From Amphiscolops sp. MND2022 (Eukaryota), in the NCBI GenBank assembly GCA_964187785.1, contig OZ076409.1:96102001-96166000 (forward strand): a stretch of DNA of 64,000 nucleotides. Direction: 5' to 3'. Both the position numbers and the translations under genes were made by a program. Below, piece by piece: positions 32,196 to 45,777 of this stretch (the first letter of the stretch is position 1; the number at the start of each line of letters is the position of its first letter). Under the pieces are notes generated by a model. The model was not told the origin of the DNA and did not search any database. It saw only the letters and a list, made by a program, of their open reading frames with translations.

Positions 32196-32369
32196 CTCGC
32201 TGACTGGAAGCAACTGATTTTTGGATTTGCGCAGAGGTCTTTTTCTCAGGGCGTTTTCTCGTCCTTCGGTATTGGCATCCTCATAACTCGGCTGCTTCTT
32301 GGAGTCTTCTGAGACACTCACTGCAGTTGCAGACATGTTTTCACCAAATCTAAACCAGAGCCGCATCTG
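32196..32369 (-). CDS. Internal exon of the host gene (58 codons, phase 0-0)
   Basis: Acceptor ctcctttacAG, donor GAG|GTGAGA; open frame QMRLWFRFGENM...PVSE joins in frame to the exon at 31525. Confidence 0.6.
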
Positions 32370-32401
32370 CTGTAAAGGAGTCGGAAACAGATTAAATTAA
32401 A

Positions 32402-32566
32402 ACAAGACGAGAACGTCTAAAGTCGGCGCCATATCTAAGGCTCAAAAAGCGCAAAACAATTTTTTGGAAAAAAAATTGAAATTTTTGAAAATTTTTTTTT
32501 CAAAAAAAGTCGCATAGTGCCGAAAAATGTAAAAAAGGGACCCATTGGCTTTATTAACATACATTC
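32402..32566 (+). repeat. Copy of an interspersed non-autonomous repeat family
   Basis: Motif AACAAGACG(A/G)GAACGTCT..AAGTCGGCGCCATATCTAAGGCTCAAAA; related copies near 12265-12320 and 12990-13045 (minus), 42471 and 61753 (plus), and 61650 (minus). Confidence 0.6.
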
Positions 32567-33152
32567 TGTCATGAACATTTCGATTGTTGTACTCACCTAT
32601 GCGGTGATCGTCGTTTTGTTCATTCCTAAGGTTATTTTTCACGTTGGAATTGTGCTGAACTTCGGAGTTTATTGCCGGTCTCTCAACAGAAGTTTCCCAT
32701 CCCCTTCTAGTCTCGCGTCCCGATCCGGCCATTATAACATTTTGGATTTGAGGCAAGACTTGAGCGTTTATCGCCTCGTTTATGCCTCTTTGGATTTGGG
32801 AACTAACGATACTCATCATCTCATCAATTTCCCCAGATATTCTAGAGTTCAACTCGCTCGACAACCTGTTGATCTCAGCCTGAGAGTTCATATCTGCTGA
32901 ATTGTGGCCATAATTGGCACTCGACCTGACGTTAGAGTTTCTATGATCAGAGTAGAGGTTTTCTTCTGCTACATTAAAGATATTACTCATAACGCTTTCA
33001 TGTCTTCTAACTGAAGTACTATCAAGACTTCCATCCCTTTCAACTCTACTGGAGTGGTTTTCCCCTAACATGATATCGAGATTTTCAATGTCAGATAGCA
33101 TTTCTAAACCCCTTGACTTTCTTGCTTTCTTTTGCTTCCTTGTAGTAGGCAT
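32567..33152 (-). mobile_element. Solo-LTR-like relic containing a Gag N-terminal ORF (5' boundary not found)
   Basis: ORF MPTTRKQKKARKSR... is homologous to 62530-63124. It runs to ...CATGACA, an LTR-like end at 32567, after which the interspersed repeat resumes. Confidence 0.6.
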
Positions 33153-34139
33153 TAAGACAGAACCGGGTTGAATATTTTATTTATTGAAACCGGAAAGCTG
33201 ACAGTGGAACTGTATTGAGTATTTTGAGTAACTTTATTAGTGAAAGGTCAACTGAATTAATGAATTCCCCCAACAGGGTAGTGCTATTTATACTGCTTGG
33301 GGAATGACAATCACATTTCTACATGACTAGTTAAAAAAATGGAATCAAATGATTTACAACTTCATAGGGAAAATGTCCCGACACTTATAGTTATCAGGGA
33401 CATTCAACGAATGGCATCTAAAAGTCACCTGATAAAATAGCAGCTTCAAACAAATTACCTGTTAAGGCAATTGCATCGAAGTGTCAACAAATACCTCCGC
33501 TTACATATTTTACAACAGAGTGAAGTGAAGGCAAATGGCGACACAAGGCTACTACTGACTACATCAAGAATGAAATGTATCAATGCATGTAGGAATTTCA
33601 ATATGATTCAAATATGCGTGAAAGGAACATTTTTATGCTAGGACCGGAATGGGCTCAAAATCACAAAAAAACACGGCACATTGAAGGGACATGGTAAGAT
33701 GGCCTTAATCGTCCATCAAATTTCGATTGAGGCTGTATGAGTATCAAAGCGTTACAAATGCTTTTATTTAGTTTAAAATCATGAATATACTAGCTTCGAG
33801 TAAGTACCAGTTCAATCAAACAACAAAGTATTATACTGCATGAATTGGCCGGAACCGGCCATTTGACTAGAGTGCTAACAAGCGTGAACTACATTAAGTC
33901 AAAAAGCCTTATTCGGCCATTATGAAATAAAAGCGCCGATGCTACAAAAGGAATGATTTGATTGGTTGACAAGTGCACAGCAAGTTACGTTGCCGAGAAA
34001 GGACGTTTCCACACTTAAACACGTTTCCTTCTCGCGAATAACTTGCTTATTGTTTGCTACTGCAACAATTCAACTTTGCATTTTATTTTTGCTCCACAGT
34101 AAATTACATCAACGAACTGATTTGGCTAATCCCAAATCG

Positions 34140-36616
34140 TAATGTTAACGGACTAATACAAACTGCAACATATTTGGAAAAATTACGAGTTGAGAACAAA
34201 TAACGAGTTGAGAAATCGAACAACTTTTCAAGGAAGCAGAGGCATTACAGAAACAAACAACGAAATCAAAATAGAACAATAGAACAAGAGATATGTTCCA
34301 AGACTTCGAGGCACACATGTCCTCTGGAAAAATCTCAAATGCCCTACGGAGTGTTAACGACTGTGAAAAAGGCGGAGTACTATCTCTATCAGAAAAAACT
34401 GAAAACAAGACTGTTTTCGATATATTGAAGGATATGCACCCCCCAGCTAAAAGCTGCGACGACGCCTACGTAGTTGCAAGCTCCGGAAACAATCTGCCCT
34501 ACCATCCCGTAATCTTCGACAGAATACAAGCAGGAGCCATTCGTAGGTCCGGAATGAACACACACGGGAGCCACGGACCCTCCGGTGTGGACGCAAATGA
34601 ATGGCGGCGCTGGATGACCAATTTTAGCCAGTCATCGTCGTCGTTCTGCCGTACGGTCGCCCGCTTAGCCTCGAGGATCGCTACTGAAGAAATTGATAAT
34701 GAAGCACTGATGCCGTACAATGCCTGCCGTCTGATACCCCTCGACAAAAACCCAGGGGTACGGCCAATTGGGGTTGGGGAAGTTCTCAGACGAATCATAG
34801 GAAGAACCATACTGCGCTGTGTAGAGAACGACCTGAAGCTCTTAGGCAAACACCTACAACTTTGTCTCGGTCAGAAATGCGGAATCGAACACGCTATACA
34901 TAGCCTCAGGAAACAGTTCGAGACCCCTGAAACTCAAAGCATTTTGCTCAACGATGCAAAGAACGCTTTTAATAGCCTGAACAGGGATCTCGCGCTCCGG
35001 AACATCAACAAACTATGTCCTTCAATTATAACAGCTATCAGGAATTCGTACAAAACACCGACAAGTCTTTTCGTCAACGGCAAAACCTTGCAATCACAAG
35101 AGGGAACGACTCAAGGAGATCCTCTTGCCATGGCGATGTACGGAATTGCTATCTTACCGTTGATTGATCTGATTCAAAAAACAAACGTCACTCAGAAGTG
35201 GTACGCCGACGACGGCAATGTAACAGGCAGTCTCAAAGACCTAAAAGCGGTCCACGAACAATTGAATCAGCATGGACCGGCTTTCGGCTACACACTGACG
35301 ACATGTAACATCATTGCAAAATCCGAACACATGAAACAAGCTCAAAGGCTATTTAACCGAGACGTTGAAATCGTTGATGGACATCGTGTCCTCGGGTCGG
35401 TAATAGCATCAGACGCTGCTTGTGACAAGTTCACAAGCCATAAACAAAGTGAATACAACCAGATCGTAGAGAAGTTGTCAAAACACGCAAAAGTTTCCCC
35501 CCAAATTGTATTTAACTGCTTTACCAAAGGTCTCCAAAACAAAGTCACTTTTCTCTCACGGACGACTCCCAATATCATAGGAAACCTCAAAGAAACGGAA
35601 AGAAAGATCAAGGAGAACCTGATCCAAGCAATAATTGGCAAAAGTAACATCACGGACGAGGAACGGTCTCTTTTTTCCCTGCCCGTAAGGGATGGTGGAC
35701 TTAACATAGTACATCCTGAAGACAGAGTAGAAGAATTGAACTTCTCGAGACAAATGGCAGCTTGTTTAGACAATGACATTGACCTGGAAGCTCAACAGTC
35801 TCTAATCATAAAACAGATTAGAAAAGAAAAGTCCACAAGAATTAAAGAAAAGATATCAGTTTTGAAAGAAAAACTCGATGAAAGTCAACGATATGCATTA
35901 GATCTGTCAATTGAAAAAGGTGCATCAAGCTGGCTTAACACGATGCCACTCAAACGTTATCACTTTGATCTAACGAAAACGGAATTCCGCGACGGTTTGG
36001 CCCTGCGTTATGGGTAGGAACCGCAGGGTACACCCAGATGCGACATAACGAAATTCGCGACACGTTCGCCTCTTATATGAAAGAAGTCTGCTACGATGTT
36101 GAAATTGAGCCAAAACTTCAGCCTTTGGAAGGTAAGTCCTTCGTTCACAAAACAACGACAACTGAAGATGAGGCGAGATTAGACATTAAAGCAAACGGAC
36201 TTTGGGATTCTCGTTTTTGTAGAACGTTTTTCGACGTCAAGATCTTCAACCCGCTCGCTAGAACCTGTCCCAAAAATGTCAACGAAGCTTATAAATTCCA
36301 TGAATCTCAAAAGAAACTCAAATACGAGTCCAGAATCATAAATGTGGAAAAAAGCACCTTTAACCCCCTAATCTTTGCATGTACAGGTGGCGCTGGACCA
36401 TCAGCTACAGAAATAATTACCCGACTAGCAGCAAAAATCAACGAAAAAGGATCAGAAAGCTACGCCGACGCGATTAGCTACATTAGAACCAAGATAAGTT
36501 TTGCCCTTCTACGTAGTTCCGTCCTCTGTCTCAGAGGCTGCAGAGCGACACGCCGCCAACAAGCAATCGTAGAGTCATCCATCAGTGCTACAGTTCACGA
36601 GGGAGGGCTGTCATAA
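34140..36616 (+). pseudogene. 5'-truncated non-LTR retrotransposon with RT and restriction-like endonuclease (CRE-like clade)
   Basis: RPIGVGEVLRR, QGDPL and WYADD in 34293-36017; RHN, RLDI, FFDV and KKLKY endonuclease motifs in 36038-36616; a stop and deletion separate the two ORFs. Confidence 0.88.
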
Positions 36617-37296
36617 ATCTGACAATCCCTCGGGTGCTTACCATGAAGCCATATATTTTCCGACGATCAAAAACATTTGAGATACACTGTCCTAATTTAT
36701 AAATTACCCTCCACTTACCGATGTTTTCCAAATTTATTTTATGGGACCGCTATTGACACTGTAAGGAGGCTCTGCAGCTTGCAGCGTACTGACACCCAAA
36801 CTCTTTTCACTGACACGCCCTCCATGTACCAAGGGCAAAAAGTTCTATATCTCTTTACACCATATCACGGGTTCAGTACGAGCGGTCCTTATTTTAGGCT
36901 ACTCAATTTTCGAAAAAAAACTCAAATTTCAATTAAATTTTCTAAATTTGCAAAAAATGAATGGAACCCCTTATTGATATTATTGTTTCTAACACTCCAT
37001 TTTTCTGTTCATATCTTCTAAACTATTGGTTATCAGGGAAAATACTTTCGATGAAAAAATATTGAATTTTATTCTAGTTTAAATTCGTGTTTGTATCTTT
37101 TTTTTAATCTTCTTGTTTCTGATTCTGATGAATTCACCGATTAATTAGGCTTTAGAAACTTAATTTCCAAACAGGGTTCCATTCGATTTTCATAGGACTG
37201 TAGTAAATCATCCGCCTAGATTGCAACGTTGTATGTCCTTTTTTGATCAAAGAAGGACAGTGTTAGAAAATTATTTGAAGACTTTGATTTTAGCGG

Positions 37297-40200
37297 TATG
37301 TAATGCCAAGGTCAAACTGCCACATTTCACAACCTTAGTTACTTTGGACAGAGAGTTGTTTAGATGTTATTTACAAACAAACTCTGAATGATTTCTGTCG
37401 CATTTATGTTTACATGATTTGATACTATACCATTCGTTTGATGAACTACGATAAAGAATAGTTGCGAAAAGATACTTACTCCCCAACACTGTTTTAATAG
37501 AGACCTAGAGATCTTAACATGGCGCAGTAGCAAGATTTTTATTCCTTTTCTTACACTGGACAAAACCTTTTCATCAACCTATTAACATACCATGGCCTAT
37601 ATATACAACTACGGTACCTAGAAGATACCGGACTTGACGGGAAGAAACAATATACACCCAAAGAATGGACGGAAAGATTTCGGCACTACATTAAAAGGAT
37701 TGGTCAAACAAATATTATGGGATGGAACAGTACCCACCGACAAAAACTGGAACACAAACGAACCAGAAATCAGACAAGATTTCACCTGGACGGCGGACCG
37801 TCAGCGATCGAGATTATCACAAAAGGAGAATTCAACACGGATACCGATACAATCAAAACCGACAAACTATAACAGTTATTCCGGGAATACTACATGCCTA
37901 ATAGGAACACCGCAGCTGCGGAGATTTCTTCTGTGCAAAACAAGAAGACAAAAAACAAGAAGACCTGCTCATATCAAAAACGAAGTTCATCACAACATTG
38001 TGATGTAGAACTTGTCACTCAAAACAGCTATGACCGCCGACACAAATAATCCACCATACCAACTGCCGTGGTGAAACATAAAGAAATGAAGCAAGAAATT
38101 ACCCAAAAAATCTGAGCGAAACAATACCGCGAATAACAAAAACGAGCAAAGAAATCAAGTGTTGGTTCTGCTGACAACAAAACAGGACCCACCAACATAA
38201 CTGCCCGTCAAAAAGAGTAAAATGCAACAACAGCCAGAAAATAGGGCACTTTTCGCGGGTATGCCGCGGAAAACCGAACAATAACAAACGAAAAATCAAC
38301 TACATGGGAGACGTGACCTCAGAAGAAGAGAACTAAGAAATTGAGCCCGAAGAAATACACCAAATCACACAAATAAACAAAATATTACCAAATAGTAACG
38401 ATCACTACGTCGTTGAAATAAAAATAAAACGGAAAAATCTCAAAATTTATTATCGACACTCGCTCTCCGGTCACAATCATGCCTAACAATCCGACACTGT
38501 ACGAACTAGTAAATATCCGACTTTTGAAGGAAGGATATCAAGATGTAATTAAGAACAAAATCAATATCCTGGGGAAAGTATGGGTTATTATCGAATACAA
38601 CAATACACAAAAGAATTTACCTCTCTTGATAACGAATAGAACAGATATAACAACCCTAGTGGGAATGAACTGGCAAAAACAACTGCCAATCATCATCAAT
38701 AGAATCTCAGTGGATGAAGAAACCAACCAATCAGAAAAGGGAATACACACAAAATTCAAGAAACTATTTGAAACAAATCACGCCATCGAAAACAACGGTG
38801 AATTGAAACCAGTCGCTTTTGCCAGCCGATACCTAAACGATGCAGAGAAAAAATTTTCTGTCGGTGAATTGGAATTACTAGCGGTAGGTTGGGGCCTTAA
38901 ACGATTTAGATTCGACTTGTACTGAAAACAAGTGCAACTATTTTCAGACCATCAAGCAGTGGAACGTTATTGTCCATTACTGCAGAAAGTAAAATGAACA
39001 AACAATACAGCGAACGACTAACACGGTGGCTGGATAGATTAAATCACTTCGTCAAACCACTAAAATACACCGCTAGTAAAGAATATAAACTTCCCAATTT
39101 AATTAGCCCAAATCCAACAGAAAACGCAGAGCCGCAACAAATATACGAAGAAAAATTTGTAATCAACGCCATGGCGCAGCTTCCAACCGTTAATGGCCGT
39201 ATCGGAGGGAATTTCAACCAATCAGAAGGCACAGTTGAGGACAAGACGGCAAGCATGCATGATACGCGCACGCAAAGTGGTACTCGCCACTGCAAAACAA
39301 ACAACCGTCATTCCAATTTGACTCTAACCGCTAATGAGATTATCATCAATAACAGTGAATGACCCACCCATCTACAGTACCAAAATATGGACGATAACAA
39401 TAACAACCGACAAAATACGGACAAATTCACTCATGACAGCAGACTTAAAAATCACTGGGATGCAGACGACGAGATAATGAAAGTTATAAAAAGTAGAGAC
39501 AATTCCCCAGAAACCAGAGAGCTCGTCGAAAGGAGAATCGAATTAACAAGACTCGGCCAAATTCGTTCTCAGTGGCATGAAAAGTTGGAGAGAAATTCCT
39601 TCCCGAGAAAAACTGACGAAGTTTACCGGAAAGTAATAAAAAGGATTGACTTCTACCTGCGAAAAAAAGAAGAATGCCGCGATACACTCCTTGGGGGCGG
39701 ATACTCCAAGGATTTCGGCGATTGAATCCAACCGGCGCCAGGAACATCAACCGAAACAAATCCAGACACAATCAGCACGCAAAAAAATACGCAAGATACT
39801 GAATCAACGGATTCCTCATCTCCGGAAGAGCCGACCACCACACAAGAACCGGCAACATATCCAGCAATTACGGTACAAGAATACCGCGACGGCCCAATCG
39901 AAGAGATAGCTGTCCACTATGTGCGGATTAACCGAAAAATCGGAAACAAAGCAACAAAAAACCGACAACAAGAGAACAACATTCGATCAACCGAGCTAGT
40001 TTTAATGGTCGATTTGGATCTCTTATCAGGGAAACGGCAGCAGATCTGGATCTGATGGAGGTGCAATGCTGTTTAGAAGACAACAACACGCTGACAATTC
40101 CCGAAGATTTCAAACCCATGGCAAAGAAATTAACTCACTGATGGGGAATAACTATTGTCGACGGCGCATTGTCGTCCCAAAAAGCCTTTGTTACGCTGCA

Positions 40201-42030
40201 CAAAACGCATTAAACTTTGGTCACCCAGGAATTAACAAGATGTGTCCAGTCGAAAGTGGAAAGAAGCCTAAAACCTGCTCCGCCTGTTTAAAAACCCAAC
40301 TACCCAATACCGAAAAATCGAAAATCGAATGGCAAGAAATCCCAGGAAAGGAAATTCAAATTGATTTGACGGAGAATTTAAACAGCAAACAATAAAACTC
40401 CTCCCCCTTTATATTAGTTGCCGTAGACAAGAATAGCCGCTGGCCGGTAGATAACATCTGTGAAAACGCAAACCATAATAGGGTTATAACATTTCTGCGG
40501 GAATATATAAACGTATACGGTAAACCGAATGCAGTGCCTTTAATTCGAAAAACAATGAGAGTTTTTGCAGCGTATACAACATATTCCGTGAATACGGTAC
40601 TCCAAATTTACACACCGGCACGAGATTGGCCGAGAGAACCATCCACTCACTGAAGAATCTGATAAAGGCAAACTCAGAAGAAACACAGAATTTGCGCGAG
40701 AGCTGAATCAAAGCACTGTATGTTTTTCGATTTACCGCACACGCAGAAACGAAGAAAACCCCTTTCGATTTACATTTTAGGCAAAAACTAGGGACTAAAA
40801 ACCTATCTTATCTATCTAACCTGAAAAATGTGATTTCAGTTGATTCAGAAGACTTGCCAGTCTATATTACCCGCAATTCCGCAGGAGAAATGACGGACCA
40901 TCTGGCGATGTCCAAAAAGAAAATCAGTGACCCAAAGTATCGGAGGGGGATGACCTTCACCCAAAACAAAAACCGTCAAATACGGTAAGTAACAACAAAA
41001 ACTTCAACTACCGGTTTACTTTCTTCGAGAAAGCAAAAAGCTCACTTGGTAGTAAATTCAATAATAAACCCCAGATTGCCAAATCTGGAATCAAACACAC
41101 AATCATCATCGTACAAAAACTATCCAAAGGAAACTCAAATCTAACCCATTACTTTTTCAGAACAGAGCCACAACAACAAAGAGATTCAACACAAAACTTA
41201 TGACCGCAACCGACCAACCATCCTGTTCAAATACGGCCAGGACTGCAACAATTTGCGGCTAATGCAGAAAAACGCCACGTCCTAAAAACACCAAGAACAG
41301 TGCTGACTGGCTCAAATGAAAAGAACAGCCGATGAACGAGAGAGGGCAATTTGCCAATCCCGATAAATCAGCAAACAAACCCGTGGAACTTGATTTGAGT
41401 ATGGTATCAGACGATGACGACTTTCAATGTTACTTCACAGGTGAAAGGAGACCAGTACAAACTCACATAGATGATGAGCTGCAACTCCTACTAAAAAACG
41501 AACATGACCCCGGAAACGTATAAAACCTCATCAAGCGGTGAGAAAATATACCTTATGACAAACAGATCGAAAAGTTAGGCGGTATCCCATTTTAATAATA
41601 ATTAAAAAATTAAAACAAGTAACACTTTTGTTTTACAGGAGAGCCAGATCAGCTAACCGGATAAACCGCAGACAAACAATGACGAGGAACCGGACTACCG
41701 AAACATACGGACAATCACCCGAGAAGTCACAAACCAACCGTATAATACGGAACTACAAACCCACGCAATCCTACATAGCAGATTTTATCCGGAGGGGATG
41801 GAGTGTGGATTGCCCAGGTCAAACTGCCACATTTCATAACCTTTGAAACTTTAGACAGAAAGTTGTTTAAATGTTATTTACATACAAACTCTAATTGATT
41901 TCTGTCGCATTTATGTTTACATGATTTGATCATATACCATTCGTTTGATGAACTAACGATAAAGAATAGTTGAGAAAAGATACTTACTCCTCCCCAACAC
42001 TGCTTTAATACAAACCTAGAGATCTTAACA
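37297..42030 (+). mobile_element. Old degenerate Ty3/Gypsy element C with RT deleted
   Basis: Visibly diverged LTRs 37297-37519 and 41804-42030, TSD AGCGG on both sides, PBS TGGCGCAGT at 37520 and PPT ggaggggatggag. Remnants of zinc knuckle, PR (IIDT), RNase H (PVAFASR, ELELLAV) and IN (GHPGI). Confidence 0.88.
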
Positions 42031-43989
42031 AGCGGAAAATTCAACTGTATCACATCAGATTCTGAAATACGGGCAATGAAATTTCAGAAAAAATGAAAGA
42101 TTGTTTCGCTTCATTCAACGTTTTGAGAAAAAACAACAATGGAAAATTTTTTTGAGTGTTTTCCATTCACAAACAAATACATGTTTTTTGGTACAAAAAT
42201 TATTTTCAGAAATTGGAAGAAGGCGCATCAAATTTGGTCACAGGAAATTACTATAGTAAATCTATCTTCCCTGGTACAACATTTTTCTTAGCTAGTAAAT
42301 AGACATTTGCCGTATGCAACTTTTGGTGAGAAGTTAAGTGTCTCACAATTGGTCTCCTCGTAAAAAAAGTTATGAAGTTGATAAAGAAGTATGGAGCTTC
42401 AGTTTGGAACCATAATGACGTCACCATGCCCCAGTTCAGAAGTCCCTTGTCTCATGTTTTTTTCCAAAGTAACAAGACGGGAACGTCTCAAGTCTTTCAT
42501 ACTTAAGACTCAAAAAGCGCAAAAATTTCAAATTATGCTCAGGTCGTTTTATTTGTGAAAAACTCACAAAAAAAATCTGAAACACCCAAAAAGTGCCTTT
42601 CGTGTTGTGAAAACTCTTCAGATTCAGAACTTCGGATATAGCCTGCTGGGACAGATAGGAGCCCACCTATTTGTTTTTGAGCCTCCGCCTTCCTTAGTAA
42701 AAGGCAATATAGTCGGATATAACGTCAAAATTCGAAAAAAGCTCTTTACTTCGGATATTACGTCAAAAGTTCTGATAGTTTTAAACAATTATTGGTGCAT
42801 ATATATGAATGGGTGTTTTGCATTGGGTATAGTAAGCTGTTTCAGAAGTGAGAGACATTTTTAGTTTTTGAAAAAGAGTTTCGTGTCCGTTGGTCCATTT
42901 CCATGTTAAGAAAATATTCAGTGAGGTCACCCTCAGGAATCGGAAAAGGTTTTATTTCACACAGAAAACAACAAAAAACACAAATTGAAAAAATCGAAAA
43001 ATTTTGCCATAATTTTTAAAAACTTTTAACCCATTAACGAATTTTTTTAACCCATTAACGAAATAGTTTTGGAAAATCTTTTGGAAGATGAATTTGGAAA
43101 CAAGTCAAGCTTTCAGGATATTTTGATTTAGATTCCTCTGTTTGAGTCATTTTGATTACCATAGTTAACGGAAATCACAAAATTCGGCCGAATTTCTTGC
43201 AAATTGTGTGTTTCTCACAAGCTTTGTGCATGAATCGCTAATTTTGCATTTGTTTCGCTAAGTTCGTAACATTTTCGAGCCTTTGTTACAAGATAGTGAT
43301 AACATTTTTGCAAAATTTGCATCTATTCGTATGAAATTTTCACAGAAAAAGCGTTGTTAAAATTTGATCGATGGAATTTCAAAAGATTTTTCGACCGAAA
43401 ATTTGTTCAAGATTTCTTTGGCTTTTTCATGTGTCATGTTTTGAATAACATCTGTATCTCTGAAATGCAGATTATGGTAATTAAAAATAAATATACTTTT
43501 AGCAATCGATGTGATGTTATCTTTGGCAAGTAAATATGGTTATTTTGTTGATGAAATTTGAGTAAATTCAATATTATATCACAAAAAACTGACTTGATTT
43601 GCGTTTGTGCAGATCTGCTAAATCATCGTTTGCATGAAAATTTTGAATAATTTGAGATGAATCGCTGGCTGGAATTAAGTGAATTAAGAAATTCTGGACA
43701 CGATTTTCGATCACCGTTGAGCTTTTGTTCATTCATTCATACAAAATTCATCATGTGACTCATTTTATTGAATTCTACATTATGGTCACAAAAATAGTAT
43801 CCGTTTTTCAAACCGTGTTGGACATTTGCATCGTATTTTAATTGACAACAGAGATTTTTTTCGGAGGAAAATTGAAAATTCATTGAGAATAAATAATATT
43901 TGCAAGAAAATTGAGATGAACTGAAAGAGTGAATGTTCACAAAATCTACAGAAAAACCTACACTTCTAAGTCGGCTTTTTAGTCGGCCT

Positions 43990-45777
43990 TGTCGCCGGCT
44001 TACCCGTGCGAGATGTCCGGGGTGCAACATCGATGAAGCAGTCAACGCTGCTTACCCATCATGATGGCTGTCTACTGGACAAGGACTTGATAAACATTTC
44101 AAACTTTAAACTTAAACAATGTTTGTTATTGTTCGTTTGACAAAATGTTGTTTTTAGTTGTACATTTCAGCTAAAATGATGATTGTTGAGTGTCGTTATT
44201 GTTGTTATTGTTTTCACCCACAAGGTGCGTTGATCAATTGAAAAACAACTGGAAAGGTACGCCAAAGTTATCAAAACAGTGCTAAATCTATGTTTTGTCG
44301 CCTTAAATCATAAGAAGGAGTTAAATTCAATGATCTTATATATCTTTGCCACTTTAAATCATTTGTAGTTCAATCATGAGGAAAACAATTAAGAACAGTA
44401 CGATGATTCATTTAAAATCAGCATAACACTTCCGTACGTTTATTTGATACTGATTATGCGGCATTATGCGGTTTTCATAAAACAGCATATGCGGTTTTGT
44501 TAAAGAAACAGCATAATGATCATGTACGCAGTATAGTTTATACTTTGTATTGCATTATGCGGAAATTCAGTAGAAACAGCATGATGACTTGAGTTAAAAA
44601 CAGCATATGCGGAAATTCAGTAGAAACAGCATGATGACTTGAGCAGGAAACAGCATATGCGGAAACGCTGTGGAAACAGTATGACGTTTCAATATAGGAA
44701 CAGCATATGCGGAAATTTGACAGAAACAGTATGACGGTTTAACTTGAAAACAGTATAAAGATTCTTATTTCAGTTGATAAAATTATACTGAATTATGAGG
44801 TTTTCATGAGACAGCATATACTGCATTATGATGTAAAACAGCAGAATTTGCAGAATTTTCAGTGCTACGATGTTGTAAGTGACAGTGCTATATTTAGACC
44901 TTCCAGGAGTCTGACGCAATATTATATTTTTAACATTTGACCCTAGAAACATGACGTTATGATGATTTGCATAAAATTGAAAGTCATGTAACTAAAAATA
45001 CCATCCAATGGAATCAGTTGGAGAGGGATCATCAAAAAACCACTTTTCTAACGATCATTGGAGGAATATCGCACATTCAGAGCAGTCACTGATTTTCACA
45101 AATAACTCACAATCCACAAACTTTGCAGTTTCCTTCCCCTGTAAAATAACTTCCTCAGTTTCATTTTGCCAAATATCTTTGTAATTCAAAGACTTTCGCA
45201 CCTAAAATTGTTTTCATCATGGGAAACAAGAGAAGTAGACGATCAAGGAGAGTAGAGTCCCAATCATCAGACAGAGACGAAAATACTTCAGAAACAAGCT
45301 TCACTCAAGTTAATGCGACTTTAGTTGGTGTTTCTGAAATTGTTAATAATGTCCTTGACAGGAACTTAGGCAGCAAACTAACAGAACCTTCTCAGATAAG
45401 CAATGAGATAGAAGTTATTTCGCAAAGACTAACAGAACAGAATAACGACAAGATGTCACAGATTGAAGAACAACTAAATAACAAATTCGAAGAGATACTT
45501 AAGGAGATTAGAACAAACAAAAATCACATTGCAATAATTGATGAAGAGGATGCCGAGAATAATCAGCCCGGTCCTTCTAACTATAGAAATAAGGGTCTCA
45601 GGAACAAACACGCATCAGGTACAACAACAGATAAAAATAAGAATCAGGATGACCGGTTCTATCCGTCTGAAATGTGTGAATTAAGACAACCGTACACTCC
45701 ACTTGGGATTGTTGAAGACACTTTAGACGAAACCATCATCATAAATGAAAACAGACAGGAAAAGGCCGATCATCACA
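43990..45777 (+). repeat. 5' LTR of element D
   Basis: About 98% identical by eye (~36 substitutions) to 59372-61159. Confidence 0.95.

Noticed and set aside
32442..33152. Splicing of the relic Gag N-terminus into the host exon at 32369
   Set aside because: The nearest donor (AT|GTATGT) is phase 2 whereas the exon is phase 0.
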